The position numbers were made by a program, and so were the translations under genes. A stretch of DNA of 60,359 nucleotides, taken from positions 1 to 60,359 of the IMG/VR virus record IMGVR_UViG_3300037509_000016. One strand, given 5' to 3'. Shown one piece after another: positions 33,842 to 42,816 of the stretch. Source of the DNA: a virus. Numbering within the stretch: position 1 is the first letter of the stretch; each line of letters opens with the position of its first letter. The notes under the pieces were generated by a model that was not told where the DNA came from, ran no database searches, and saw only the letters and a program-made list of their open reading frames with translations.

Positions 33842-34513
33842 ATGCCGAGAAGACAAGCCCCCGACGAACCCGTCTGCGGCGCAAACCTGCGCGGGAAGCC
33901 CGGCAGAACCTGCCAGAGCAACGTGGTGATGCCGAATGGACGGTGCCGAATGCACGGCGGCAAGAGCCTCAGCGGCCCCGATTCCCCCCTGTTCAAGAGC
34001 GGGCGGTACTCCAGGCACTTGCCGAAGCACCTTGCCGCGGCATACGAAACGGCGATGCACGATCCAGAACTGGTGAGCCAGCGGGCCGAGCTAGCCCTGC
34101 TCGACGCACGCACGGCTGAACTGCTCGAGCGTCTGGACATGGATGCCCTGCCCGACTGGTCCGAGCTTGAAGACGCCTGGAACCAGGTCAAGAGCGCGGG
34201 CGAGTGGACGGCCAAGCGCGTTGCCGAAGCACGAATGGACGATCTGCTCGAACGCGGGACCGTGCAGCCGCAGCAGTGGAAAGAGCTCTACGAGGTGATC
34301 AACCTCAGGCGTAGGGTGGCGACCTCAGAGATGCGAAGGCTGCAACTGCTCAACCAGACCATCTCCGCAGAGCAGGCCATGACGCTGGTCCGCCTGCTGA
34401 TCGACGCCGTACGGCGCAATATCACGGACCCGAAGCAGTTGCAGGCGATCCAGGACGACCTTCGACCAGTCCTCGAGGCCCGCAGGATGGGCCGAACGGA
34501 GGTGCCTGAGTAG
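33842..34513 (+). CDS. Zinc-ribbon/HGG-motif protein with a helical C-terminal domain; possibly a DNA-packaging or DNA-binding factor
   Basis: CGANLRGKPGRTC...NGRCRMHGGKS, followed by a helical domain. The function is inferred only weakly. Confidence 0.3.
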   Translation: MPRRQAPDEPVCGANLRGKPGRTCQSNVVMPNGRCRMHGGKSLSGPDSPLFKSGRYSRHLPKHLAAAYETAMHDPELVSQRAELALLDARTAELLERLDMDALPDWSELEDAWNQVKSAGEWTAKRVAEARMDDLLERGTVQPQQWKELYEVINLRRRVATSEMRRLQLLNQTISAEQAMTLVRLLIDAVRRNITDPKQLQAIQDDLRPVLEARRMGRTEVPE

Positions 34514-34613
34514 TTTCGACTTCACTTCTTCCGGGCAAACGTGAAGACTTCCGTGTAAACCCACTTTGTCTGTTAAGGTTCTGACCCCTCCCGGTGCATA
34601 GAGAGGAGCCCCG

Positions 34614-36026
34614 ATGGCTGACACACCCGGCAAGACCGATCAGATCCAGCTTGATAGCGTTCACCAGCGGCTCGACGAGGTTCAGGACGCTGTCCACGAT
34701 GCCGCGGCAGGCATCACCCACACCATGGCGCAGGTGGGAGCGGCCCAACTCAAGACCATGGCGGCTCACACTGAATTGCTGGCCGAGATCGGCAAGAAGG
34801 TCGGGCTCAACGTCCCTGCCCCCGTTCCGCCCGCGCCCATCCCGGTCCCGCCCCCGCCAGCCCCGAAGCCGCCAGCCCCAACCCCAACCCCGACACCCCC
34901 GCCGCCCGCGCCGGCACCGGTCATCCCGCCGCCCCCGCCAGTGGTGCTGCCGAAGTTCACCGGCACGGTCCGCTTCGAGTCTCCCTCGATCAGCCCAGGC
35001 GCACAGCCCAAGGTGATCGCGTCGGTCGAGAACCCTGGCCCCGCTCCATGGGACGGGCTGTTCAACATCGAGCTGCGTGACTCGGGTGGCAACAAGGTCT
35101 ACCAGAAGTTCATCCCGACGGTCTTCGCCGTGGGCAGGCGCGACTTCACCGAGAACCTGATCCTTGACCCGACCAGGGTGCCCGCTGGCACCTACCGCCT
35201 GAGCATCGGGGTCTTCTCGAAGGACTGGGTCAAGTGCTGCTTCTGGCTCGACGGACCCTCGATGGTGGTCGGCGGCGCGGCCCCGCCCAACCCTGCCGAT
35301 CCCGCTGTCGTCCGCCCGCCGCGGCGCACGGCCAATGTCGGCAGATCGGACCCGAGCATTACCCAGATCCCTGGCCTGCCCGTCCCCGTCTCGGTGGACC
35401 GCTCGAGGATCCCCGCTGCCATCACCGCGCTCGGGGAGATCCGCTCGGGCAACGCCGACGCCTGCAAGGTGGTCTATCAACTGCCAGTGGGCTGGCCGAA
35501 CAAAGACACCGGCGGCGACCGGACCGCTGAGTACTACAAGCGGGTGACCGGCGACTTCGTCGGCACCACCCTCGAGTGCCTGGTCTGGGCCGCGCTCAAG
35601 TGGGGCGTGGACAAGCACCTGCCTGGCGGGGAGTATCTCTTCATTGCCCAGGCGATCAAGGAGAGCTTCCTCAACCAGTCAGCCAAAGGTGACAAGGAGG
35701 TAGACAGCAAGGGCATCTATCCGACTGACTTCCAGTCCAGGTCGCTGCTCCAGATCAAGCGCACCGTCTGGGGTGGTTGGCCGCTGTATGAGGACTCGGT
35801 CCCGCTGGCCTGCGACTACGCTGGTGCCATGTACGCGATGAAGTACTACGGGCACTCCTGGCTCGGGGCTGAGGTCGCGGGCGATGTGTGGGAGTGCATC
35901 GGTGCCTGGTTCTCTGGCCGAGCAGGCGGGGCTAATGACGACTACGCCACGCAAGTCAAGGCGATGTTCCTGGCCCAACCGTGGTGGAACCCGACGAGCC
36001 CACCGACCTGGCTCAACCGCACCTAA
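34614..36026 (+). CDS. Lytic transglycosylase (SLT)-like protein with a long Pro-rich linker
   Basis: ATG after GAGAGGAG. A PAPVPPAPIPVPPPPAPKPPAPTPTPTPPPPAP linker. The C-terminal IAQAIKESFLNQSAKGD...SLLQIK resembles the SLT catalytic E-S motif. Confidence 0.55.
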   Translation: MADTPGKTDQIQLDSVHQRLDEVQDAVHDAAAGITHTMAQVGAAQLKTMAAHTELLAEIGKKVGLNVPAPVPPAPIPVPPPPAPKPPAPTPTPTPPPPAPAPVIPPPPPVVLPKFTGTVRFESPSISPGAQPKVIASVENPGPAPWDGLFNIELRDSGGNKVYQKFIPTVFAVGRRDFTENLILDPTRVPAGTYRLSIGVFSKDWVKCCFWLDGPSMVVGGAAPPNPADPAVVRPPRRTANVGRSDPSITQIPGLPVPVSVDRSRIPAAITALGEIRSGNADACKVVYQLPVGWPNKDTGGDRTAEYYKRVTGDFVGTTLECLVWAALKWGVDKHLPGGEYLFIAQAIKESFLNQSAKGDKEVDSKGIYPTDFQSRSLLQIKRTVWGGWPLYEDSVPLACDYAGAMYAMKYYGHSWLGAEVAGDVWECIGAWFSGRAGGANDDYATQVKAMFLAQPWWNPTSPPTWLNRT

Positions 36027-36035
36027 GGAGCACTC

Positions 36036-36428
36036 TTGAAGGATCGAACCACCCAGACGTTTCTCGGCAGGCTGGCTGTCGCCATGGCGATGGTCTGTCT
36101 GTTCTTCTTCGTCGCCTACAGCCGCGGATATGCCGCTGCCCCGCCCAGGCAGGATGCGCCCAACTGCAAAGTCTTCCTGGTTACGGCCTACACCCATACC
36201 GGCAACCGCACCGCGACCGGGCTCAGCACCTATGGCAACGAAGGGCGGATCGTGGCGGTAGACCCGCGCGTCATCCCGCTCGGCACCAGCGTCTTCATCC
36301 ACCTGTACGGATGGGTCCAGGCGCAGGACACCGGCGGGCAGGTTTTGGGCTACCGCCTCGATCTGTTGCTGCCGACCTACCGAGAGGCAATCATCTGGGG
36401 CGTCCAGCCGCGCACGGTCTGCTGGTAG
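36036..36428 (+). CDS. Secreted 3D-domain (MltA/RlpA-like double-psi barrel) cell-wall protein
   Basis: Signal peptide (LAVAMAMVCLFFFVAYSRGYAAA). FLVTAYTHTGNRTATG...RIVAVDPRVIPLGTSVFI...AQDTGG. Confidence 0.7.
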   Translation: MKDRTTQTFLGRLAVAMAMVCLFFFVAYSRGYAAAPPRQDAPNCKVFLVTAYTHTGNRTATGLSTYGNEGRIVAVDPRVIPLGTSVFIHLYGWVQAQDTGGQVLGYRLDLLLPTYREAIIWGVQPRTVCW

Positions 36429-36437
36429 GGAGGAGCG

Positions 36438-36806
36438 ATGCCCCGCTCGATTAGTCTGGTCCGCCTGAATGACCGCCGCGAGGCGAACGTCACTGAGATT
36501 GCTTCGGTGCCCGAGTGGGCCGGGCGTCCGCCGTCCAACGCCGACGACCAGCTGGTGGAGCAGATCCTCCAGAAGCCCCACCTGCTGTACCGCTCGGCAG
36601 CCCAGTCGGAGTTCATCCGCCCGAGTGACCCCGACGTGGTGCTCGAGTTCGCCATCCACCAGCGCGGCGTGACTGACCGCGTTCGCTATGCGGAGCTTTA
36701 CCGAATACTGCGCGACCAACGCAGCAACTGGATCGAGGTGACCAACACAGAGACCATCCCGCCATCGAACCTTCCGATACCACGAACACCCAAGGAGAGC
36801 GACTGA
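36438..36806 (+). CDS. Hypothetical protein
   Basis: ATG after GGGAGGAG. 122 aa. Confidence 0.5.
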   Translation: MPRSISLVRLNDRREANVTEIASVPEWAGRPPSNADDQLVEQILQKPHLLYRSAAQSEFIRPSDPDVVLEFAIHQRGVTDRVRYAELYRILRDQRSNWIEVTNTETIPPSNLPIPRTPKESD

Positions 36807-36967
36807 TGCACCCCTACATCCTGAGTAGCGCGGCAGGACTGACCGTCTGGATCCTGGCCGCGCAGATCTTCGGCTGGAAGACTGTCCTGATCCTGGCCGG
36901 CCTGCTGGCCCTGGTCCTTCTCGGCGTGGCTGCGACCGCGGCATTCGAGCGGCGAGGCCAGTCATGA
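36806..36967 (+). CDS. 53-aa two-TM peptide; not in the ORF track
   Basis: MHPYILSSAAGLTVWILAAQIFGWKTVLILAGLLALVLLGVAATAAF... TGATG and ATGA overlaps. Confidence 0.4.
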   Translation: MHPYILSSAAGLTVWILAAQIFGWKTVLILAGLLALVLLGVAATAAFERRGQS

Positions 36968-37770
36968 TCCGCATCGAGATCACACCCGAGCAGCGCGAGT
37001 GGGCGATCCAGGTCGCCAAGAACCGAGACGCTCGAGCCATCGCGCGGGGCGCTGGCCCAGGTCATGGCGACGAGCACCGACCAGAAGAGATCAAGGGCCG
37101 TGACGCCGAGCACGGCGCATTCGGGGAGCACGCCCTCTGTAACCTCTGGGGCGTCCCGTTCCTCGACACCGTCTATGAGTTCGGCAAGCCCGACGTACTC
37201 GGCTTCGAGGTCAAGACGCGCAGCGCCTGGGACTACCAGATTTACATCCCCAAGTCGGACCCGCCTGGCAAGAAGTACGTCCTGCTGACCGGCGGCTGGT
37301 CTTCGCTCTCGTTCATCGTCCGTGGCTGGTGCCGCGGCGACCAGTTCCGCCAGGATCGCTATCTCGCCGCCTACGGCAACAAGAAGCACGAACACTACTA
37401 CATCCCCAACGAGGAGCTTCACCCCATCGACGATCCCGAGCATTGCGCCGACTGCCTCGAGACCCTGCCGCCCATCGTCGGGCCGTACAAGAAGATCGAG
37501 CCGCCGAAGGGCAGCGCCGGGCTTGTCGTCCGACGCCTGCCTCCGTCGCAGGCGGTGGTGGTCAACTACGAGAGCCTGCCCTGCCTCTGCTGGATCGAGC
37601 ACCAGCACGGACGGTTTGGCTGGAAGTGCCAGCAGGCCATCGACCTGTACAAGCGAGTCGAGGAGTACCAGAAAGCCGCGAAGCCGGTCCCCTATGAGGT
37701 CGGGCTCGAGATCCTGAACCACTTCGGCCCCTCGAGCCTGCCCTACCTGCAGGGAGAGCTACGCGCGTGA
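36964..37770 (+). CDS. PD-(D/E)xK nuclease-like protein, directly upstream of terL
   Basis: GKPDVLGFEVKTR is a D...E.K motif. 268 aa. GTGA coupling to terL. Confidence 0.4.
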   Translation: MIRIEITPEQREWAIQVAKNRDARAIARGAGPGHGDEHRPEEIKGRDAEHGAFGEHALCNLWGVPFLDTVYEFGKPDVLGFEVKTRSAWDYQIYIPKSDPPGKKYVLLTGGWSSLSFIVRGWCRGDQFRQDRYLAAYGNKKHEHYYIPNEELHPIDDPEHCADCLETLPPIVGPYKKIEPPKGSAGLVVRRLPPSQAVVVNYESLPCLCWIEHQHGRFGWKCQQAIDLYKRVEEYQKAAKPVPYEVGLEILNHFGPSSLPYLQGELRA

Positions 37771-39359
37771 TCGACACCCACACCCCAGTCGAGCACACTC
37801 TCCACTCCAGCCTGATCAACGGGCTGAGTCCTGCGCCCGCCGTGGATCTGGCCTGGTCCGCCCAGATCGCGGCGCAGCGCCAGGCGCTCGAGTCCCCCGC
37901 CGACGAGATCCTCTTCGGCGGGCAGGCCGGTGGCGGCAAGACCGACCTCCTGCTCGGTGCCGCGGTCACCCGCCACCGCCGCAGCGTCATCTTCCGACGC
38001 AAGTACGTCCAGCTACGGGCCATCATCAGCCGCTCGAAGGAGATCATCGGCAGACTCGGCCACTACAACCACACCGAGCGACGGTGGGAGTTGGAGGGCG
38101 GCAGGGAATTGGAGTTCGGCGGGCTCGAGAACGAGGACGACAAGCTGAACTGGCAGGGCAGGCCGCACGACTTCTACGGCTTCGACGAGTTGACCCAACT
38201 CAGCCTCACGCAGTACCTGTTCGTGATTGCCTGGCTGCGGACCACCACCCCAGGCCAGCGCACCCGCATCATCGGCGCGAGTAACCCGCCGCTGACCTCT
38301 GAGGGACTCTGGGTGCTCGAGCGTTGGGCTGCCTGGCTCGACCGCACCCACCCGGATCCCGCGGCACCTGGCGAGCTTCGCTGGTACGTGCGGATCCGTG
38401 ACACCGAGCACACGGTCAAGGACGGCACCCCGATCCGGCACGAAGGGGAGATCTACTACCCGAAGTCTCGGACGTTCATCCCCGCTCGGCTCCAGGACAA
38501 TGCCTTCCTGATGCACGACCCCCAGTACCTCGCCACCTTGCAGGCGCTGCCCGCTGAGGTGCGCGTCCCGCTGTTGACCGGCGACTTCATGGCCTCGCGG
38601 GCGGACGACCCATTCCAGGTGATTCCGACCGAGTGGATCGAGGCGGCGCAGGCCCGCTGGCAACTGCGCACCCAGATCCGTGGGGTGGTGGCGGGTCCGA
38701 AGGGCGAGCCCGTTCCGCTCACCCGTCTCGGGGTGGACGTGGCCGAAGGAGGCGGGGACCGTACCGTCATCGGGCGACTGTACGGAGACTGGCTGGCCCC
38801 GCTCGAGGTCTACCCTGGCTCGAAGACGCCGACACCGATTCACACCGCCGACCTGGTCATCGCGGCCATCGTCGGGACCGACGCGGTCGCAGCCATCGAC
38901 TACAACGGGGTGGGGCAGACGGCCTACAACCTGCTGGCGGGACGACAGGTCAGCGTGGTGCCCTACATCGGCTCGAGCAAGACCAAGCAGCGCGACCGCT
39001 CGGGACAGCTTGGCTTCTACAACGTCCGAGCCGCCGCCCACTGGCAACTGCGCGAGCGCCTCGACCCTGCCTTTGGCCCGACGCTCTGTGTCCCGCCCGG
39101 CCAGGAGATCCTGCGTGAGTTGTCCGCTGCCCGCTACATCCTCGAGGACAGCAACTCGATGATCAGGATCGAGAAGAAGGACGCCATTGCCGAGCGGCTT
39201 GGTCGGAGCCCTGACCTCTCGGACGGTATCGTGATGACCACCTACGTGGACGCGGGCGAGCTTGCCGCGGCCCGCGTCGGCCACCAGTCTCGGCTGGCAA
39301 CCGGCATCGCCCCGAAGCCCAAGCGCCAGCCGAAGCCCGAATGGGTAGGAGCTCGTTAA
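37767..39359 (+). CDS. terL: Terminase large subunit
   Basis: Walker A GGQAGGGKTD, Walker B-like FYGFDELTQ, and a C-terminal nuclease-like region. 530 aa. Confidence 0.9.
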   Translation: MIDTHTPVEHTLHSSLINGLSPAPAVDLAWSAQIAAQRQALESPADEILFGGQAGGGKTDLLLGAAVTRHRRSVIFRRKYVQLRAIISRSKEIIGRLGHYNHTERRWELEGGRELEFGGLENEDDKLNWQGRPHDFYGFDELTQLSLTQYLFVIAWLRTTTPGQRTRIIGASNPPLTSEGLWVLERWAAWLDRTHPDPAAPGELRWYVRIRDTEHTVKDGTPIRHEGEIYYPKSRTFIPARLQDNAFLMHDPQYLATLQALPAEVRVPLLTGDFMASRADDPFQVIPTEWIEAAQARWQLRTQIRGVVAGPKGEPVPLTRLGVDVAEGGGDRTVIGRLYGDWLAPLEVYPGSKTPTPIHTADLVIAAIVGTDAVAAIDYNGVGQTAYNLLAGRQVSVVPYIGSSKTKQRDRSGQLGFYNVRAAAHWQLRERLDPAFGPTLCVPPGQEILRELSAARYILEDSNSMIRIEKKDAIAERLGRSPDLSDGIVMTTYVDAGELAAARVGHQSRLATGIAPKPKRQPKPEWVGAR

Positions 39360-39928
39360 TGTCCAGCCAGGGTGATCCCAACTTCTACGCGCGTGATACT
39401 CAAAGGGATACTGAGAACCTTGACAGCAGGGCACCGCTCGAGGATCCCGAGACCGGCCGACTCGACGAGGCGAAGCGCCGCGCGATGCTGGCCGAGCTTG
39501 AGAGGCTGACCCGCCACCATGAGGAACGAGCACAGCAGTTCTGTGCGCCGGCGCACAACGAAGACCGACCCCACGAACCGCTCGAGAACACCATCGACCG
39601 ACAGCGGATCACGGCGGCGTCCTTCGCCCCAGAAAAGGTAGGCTTTATGGCGACCGACCCCAAACGCATACCCTTTCTCGACGAGCTTCAGACCCAGACC
39701 GAGCAGTTGCTGAACACGACCACCCGCCTCGAGGAATGGCGGCAACGACAGCGAGCGGCCCAGAAGGCGCTCGACGAGGCCAACGCCCAGTGCAACGAGA
39801 TGATCGCTCGCCTGCACCAGTTGCAGAGCGAGATCGCCAGCACCACCGAGCGCATTGCCATGGGCTCACCACTGGTGCAGCAGGGCTACGCTCCCCCGCT
39901 CGGCACGAAGCCGACGCAGTACGCCTAG
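39359..39928 (+). CDS. Hypothetical coiled-coil protein
   Basis: TAATG overlap start, preferred over the track start at 39341. 189 aa. Confidence 0.5.
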   Translation: MSSQGDPNFYARDTQRDTENLDSRAPLEDPETGRLDEAKRRAMLAELERLTRHHEERAQQFCAPAHNEDRPHEPLENTIDRQRITAASFAPEKVGFMATDPKRIPFLDELQTQTEQLLNTTTRLEEWRQRQRAAQKALDEANAQCNEMIARLHQLQSEIASTTERIAMGSPLVQQGYAPPLGTKPTQYA

Positions 39929-39963
39929 ACGTAGTACACTTCTGCGGTAATAGGACCGACTGA

Positions 39964-40014
39964 CCCCTGACGGCCAGCGAGCCGCGGTAGGGCACCGCGC
40001 TCGTTCGTCAGGGG
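39964..40014 (+). promoter_or_regulatory. Long imperfect stem-loop in the gap before the portal gene
   Basis: cccctgacg (39964-39972) pairs with cgtcagggg (40006-40014). Inner stem cgagccgcgg / ccgcgctcg has one bulge. Confidence 0.4.
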
Positions 40015-40022
40015 GATCAGGG

Positions 40023-42182
40023 TTGCAGAACTACGGCAGCGGGATCTACCACGGTCTTCGCTCAGAGAACGTCGGCGGCGTCCCTATCGGGACCACGATC
40101 CCCGAGCGTGTCGGCGGCAAGTACCTCTGGGATCTCTGGCGTGAGCTAGCCCCCCGCTTCGACAAGAGCCGCCAGCGCATTGTGGCCTGCCGCCAACTCC
40201 AGCGCGGCACCCTGCGCACCCAACTCCCTGCCAACTACAAAGACCCCGCGCGGCGCTCGATCGTCTCGGTGCTGCACCAGCGCAAGACGCTGCCCGTCCG
40301 CGCCACCGCCGTCCTTGCCCGCCAGCGTCCGGTGGTCGGGCGCGTGGCTGTCGGGCAGACTCCCACCGCGCAGCGCCAGGCAGCCGACCTGGGCAGATGG
40401 CTGAACGAAGCCCTCGAGCGGCTGGTCAACTGGCTGCGGATGTGCGGCAAGGCGGTGCAGGAGTCCGAGTACGGGCTGCTGATCCTGCCCGCGCCGGTTC
40501 ACTACGACCAGTCCCCGACCTACCTGACCTACGACGAGAACGGACGCCCGATGGCTCCCGATGCGAAGTACGACCGCGACGAGCGCGGACGACGCCGCGA
40601 CGAGAGCAGGGGGGACGAATGGAAGCGGGACGAGAACCGGAGCAAGAAGGCGTGGACCGACGAGCAGCAGTCCTGGCTGGCGAGGCGGCTGCCATTCCGC
40701 GGTGAGGTGATCTCGGCCACCGACTGCGTTCCCAACTTCGCCACCGCTGACGGGGAGCTCGAAGGGCTGCTGGTCCGCCAGCTGTACTCGAGAAGCTGGC
40801 TGGTGCAGCACAACTACCGCTGGAAGGACAAAGCGGGTCAGATGCAGCCGCTGGCCTGGGACTCGGACGGCTTCGGCTCGGGCGGCAAGATCTACCTGTA
40901 CCGCTACATCGGCAAGGACGAGATGGGCCTGCCGTATATCTCCTACTCCGTCGGCGGGATGGACACCTCGCTCGCCAAGGACGGCGACGACGATGAGGAG
41001 TGGACCGCGACTGACAATCTGTACGAGCGGTACGGGCTGACCCAACTGCCCGCCTACTACGGGTGGGGCTCTGTGATCGAGGACGACGACGTGGCCGAGA
41101 AGGGCGTGCCGCTGATGGACCCGCTGGCCCAGTCGATCCTGAACCTCGAGACGCTGCTGTCAAGCTGGAACGTCGCGACCCGTCGCCAGGCATTTCTCGG
41201 CTACGCCACCCAGGTCCTGCCGAATATGCCGCCCGCTTACTACGAGCACACGGTGGGCAAGGTTCATGAGCTACCCGACTCGGGCGGCATCATCGAATTG
41301 CCCTCCCCGATCCAGCCGCTGGCCCCGCAGTCGGTGGGGATGAACGCCCTCCAGCTCGCCGCCCAGTTCGGCTCCGAGATCCAGGGCGCAGCCCCGCCAG
41401 AAGCTGCCATCGGTGCAGCCACGGCGGACAGCGGACGGGCGGCGATCATTGGCCGCGGCTACTTCGAGGACTCCAACTGGATGACGATGAGCGGGCTGCT
41501 CCAAGCCTACAAGTGGGCGGGCGGCATCGTGCTCGAGCTAGCCGACACGCTCAGTCAGGGCAAGTGGACCGGCGAGGACGGCGAGCAGATCCCGCCCATG
41601 GAGGGCATCCCGCTCTACGTGAACATGGAGACCCTGCAGGAGGGAACCCAGTCCAAGCCCGACCGCCAGCGCCGCATCCTGATGCTGAAGGGCAGTTGGA
41701 TCGGCGGCATCTACGACGTGGAGTGTGAGTTCCCGCGCGAGGAAGCGAACCTGGCCGAGCGCGACCAGCTTATGTCCGCCGCCGACCGTGGCTACGCCAC
41801 CTTCGAGGAGGTTGCCGAGTCGTTCGGTGACCGCAACCCGATTCTGCGCCGAGCCAAGGTGATGTTCGACCAGGATATGAAGACGCCGGAAGGTGTCGCC
41901 TCGCTGCGCGAGTTCGCCGCCACCCTGCGCGAGGAGGAGGAGGCTGCCGTCCGCGAAGAGATGGTGGCTGCTGGCGAGATGACCCCAGGCTTCGCCCCGA
42001 CCGATGCCCTGCCGCCCGAATTGATGAGTCAGGTCGCTGCTCTCAGTGGCCCGCCGCGTCCGCCGACCGAAGGCGAGTCCTCACTCGGTGGCATCGTGGC
42101 CTCAGAGTCCGGCGCTGCCGAATCCGCGCGGCAGGCCCAGGATCCGACCGCCTCGAATGGGCGAATGCCGATGAGCGTCTAA
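40023..42182 (+). CDS. Portal protein
   Basis: 719 aa. Follows terL in the gene order. Size and acidic C-terminus are typical of portals. TTG start. Confidence 0.7.
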   Translation: MQNYGSGIYHGLRSENVGGVPIGTTIPERVGGKYLWDLWRELAPRFDKSRQRIVACRQLQRGTLRTQLPANYKDPARRSIVSVLHQRKTLPVRATAVLARQRPVVGRVAVGQTPTAQRQAADLGRWLNEALERLVNWLRMCGKAVQESEYGLLILPAPVHYDQSPTYLTYDENGRPMAPDAKYDRDERGRRRDESRGDEWKRDENRSKKAWTDEQQSWLARRLPFRGEVISATDCVPNFATADGELEGLLVRQLYSRSWLVQHNYRWKDKAGQMQPLAWDSDGFGSGGKIYLYRYIGKDEMGLPYISYSVGGMDTSLAKDGDDDEEWTATDNLYERYGLTQLPAYYGWGSVIEDDDVAEKGVPLMDPLAQSILNLETLLSSWNVATRRQAFLGYATQVLPNMPPAYYEHTVGKVHELPDSGGIIELPSPIQPLAPQSVGMNALQLAAQFGSEIQGAAPPEAAIGAATADSGRAAIIGRGYFEDSNWMTMSGLLQAYKWAGGIVLELADTLSQGKWTGEDGEQIPPMEGIPLYVNMETLQEGTQSKPDRQRRILMLKGSWIGGIYDVECEFPREEANLAERDQLMSAADRGYATFEEVAESFGDRNPILRRAKVMFDQDMKTPEGVASLREFAATLREEEEAAVREEMVAAGEMTPGFAPTDALPPELMSQVAALSGPPRPPTEGESSLGGIVASESGAAESARQAQDPTASNGRMPMSV

Positions 42183-42183
42183 G

Positions 42184-42807
42184 ATGGCACCGCGAACGAT
42201 CCCCTCGACGACCGAGTTGCTGGCCCGCGAGTACAACCGCCTGTTTCAGGCGACCGGTCGAGCCTATGCCGCGGTGATGGGCCGCTCTCCGAAGACGGTG
42301 GACGTGGGCGACAACACCGAAGTCGAGTTGTGGCTGCGAGACACCGGTATCGACGCGGTGGAGTGGCTGCGCAACGCCCAGAACGGCCAGGTCGATACCA
42401 GCTTCTTCGAGAACAACCCCGACCCGTTTCTCTCGAGCGTCGGTGCTCGGATTCAGGAGTTGTGCGCTGCTGGCCTGATGATCGAGGCCGCGATGCTGGC
42501 GAAGCACCCCTTCCGCGAGGCGCTCTACGCCAACGGACGCCCGTCGGCCAAAGACCAGCGCGACTACTGCCGTCGGATGAACGCTCGAGCCGACAAGTAC
42601 AAGCTCGAGCACCCACAGCGCCCCGCCCCCGAGCCGCCGCGGCTGCCGTCGGTCTTCCAGCCGCAGGGCGTGCCGCCTGAGCCGATCACCATCCCTGGCG
42701 CACCCGCCGGCCCGATGCCCGAGCCTCTGGCACGCGGGTTTGCCTCCCTCGACAACGACGCGGCGCTGCAGGACGCCGCTAACCTCGCCGCCAACCCGCC
42801 CGCCTAG
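42184..42807 (+). CDS. Hypothetical head-module protein
   Basis: ATG 1 nt after the portal stop. 207 aa. Confidence 0.55.
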   Translation: MAPRTIPSTTELLAREYNRLFQATGRAYAAVMGRSPKTVDVGDNTEVELWLRDTGIDAVEWLRNAQNGQVDTSFFENNPDPFLSSVGARIQELCAAGLMIEAAMLAKHPFREALYANGRPSAKDQRDYCRRMNARADKYKLEHPQRPAPEPPRLPSVFQPQGVPPEPITIPGAPAGPMPEPLARGFASLDNDAALQDAANLAANPPA

Positions 42808-42816
42808 GAGGCTACG

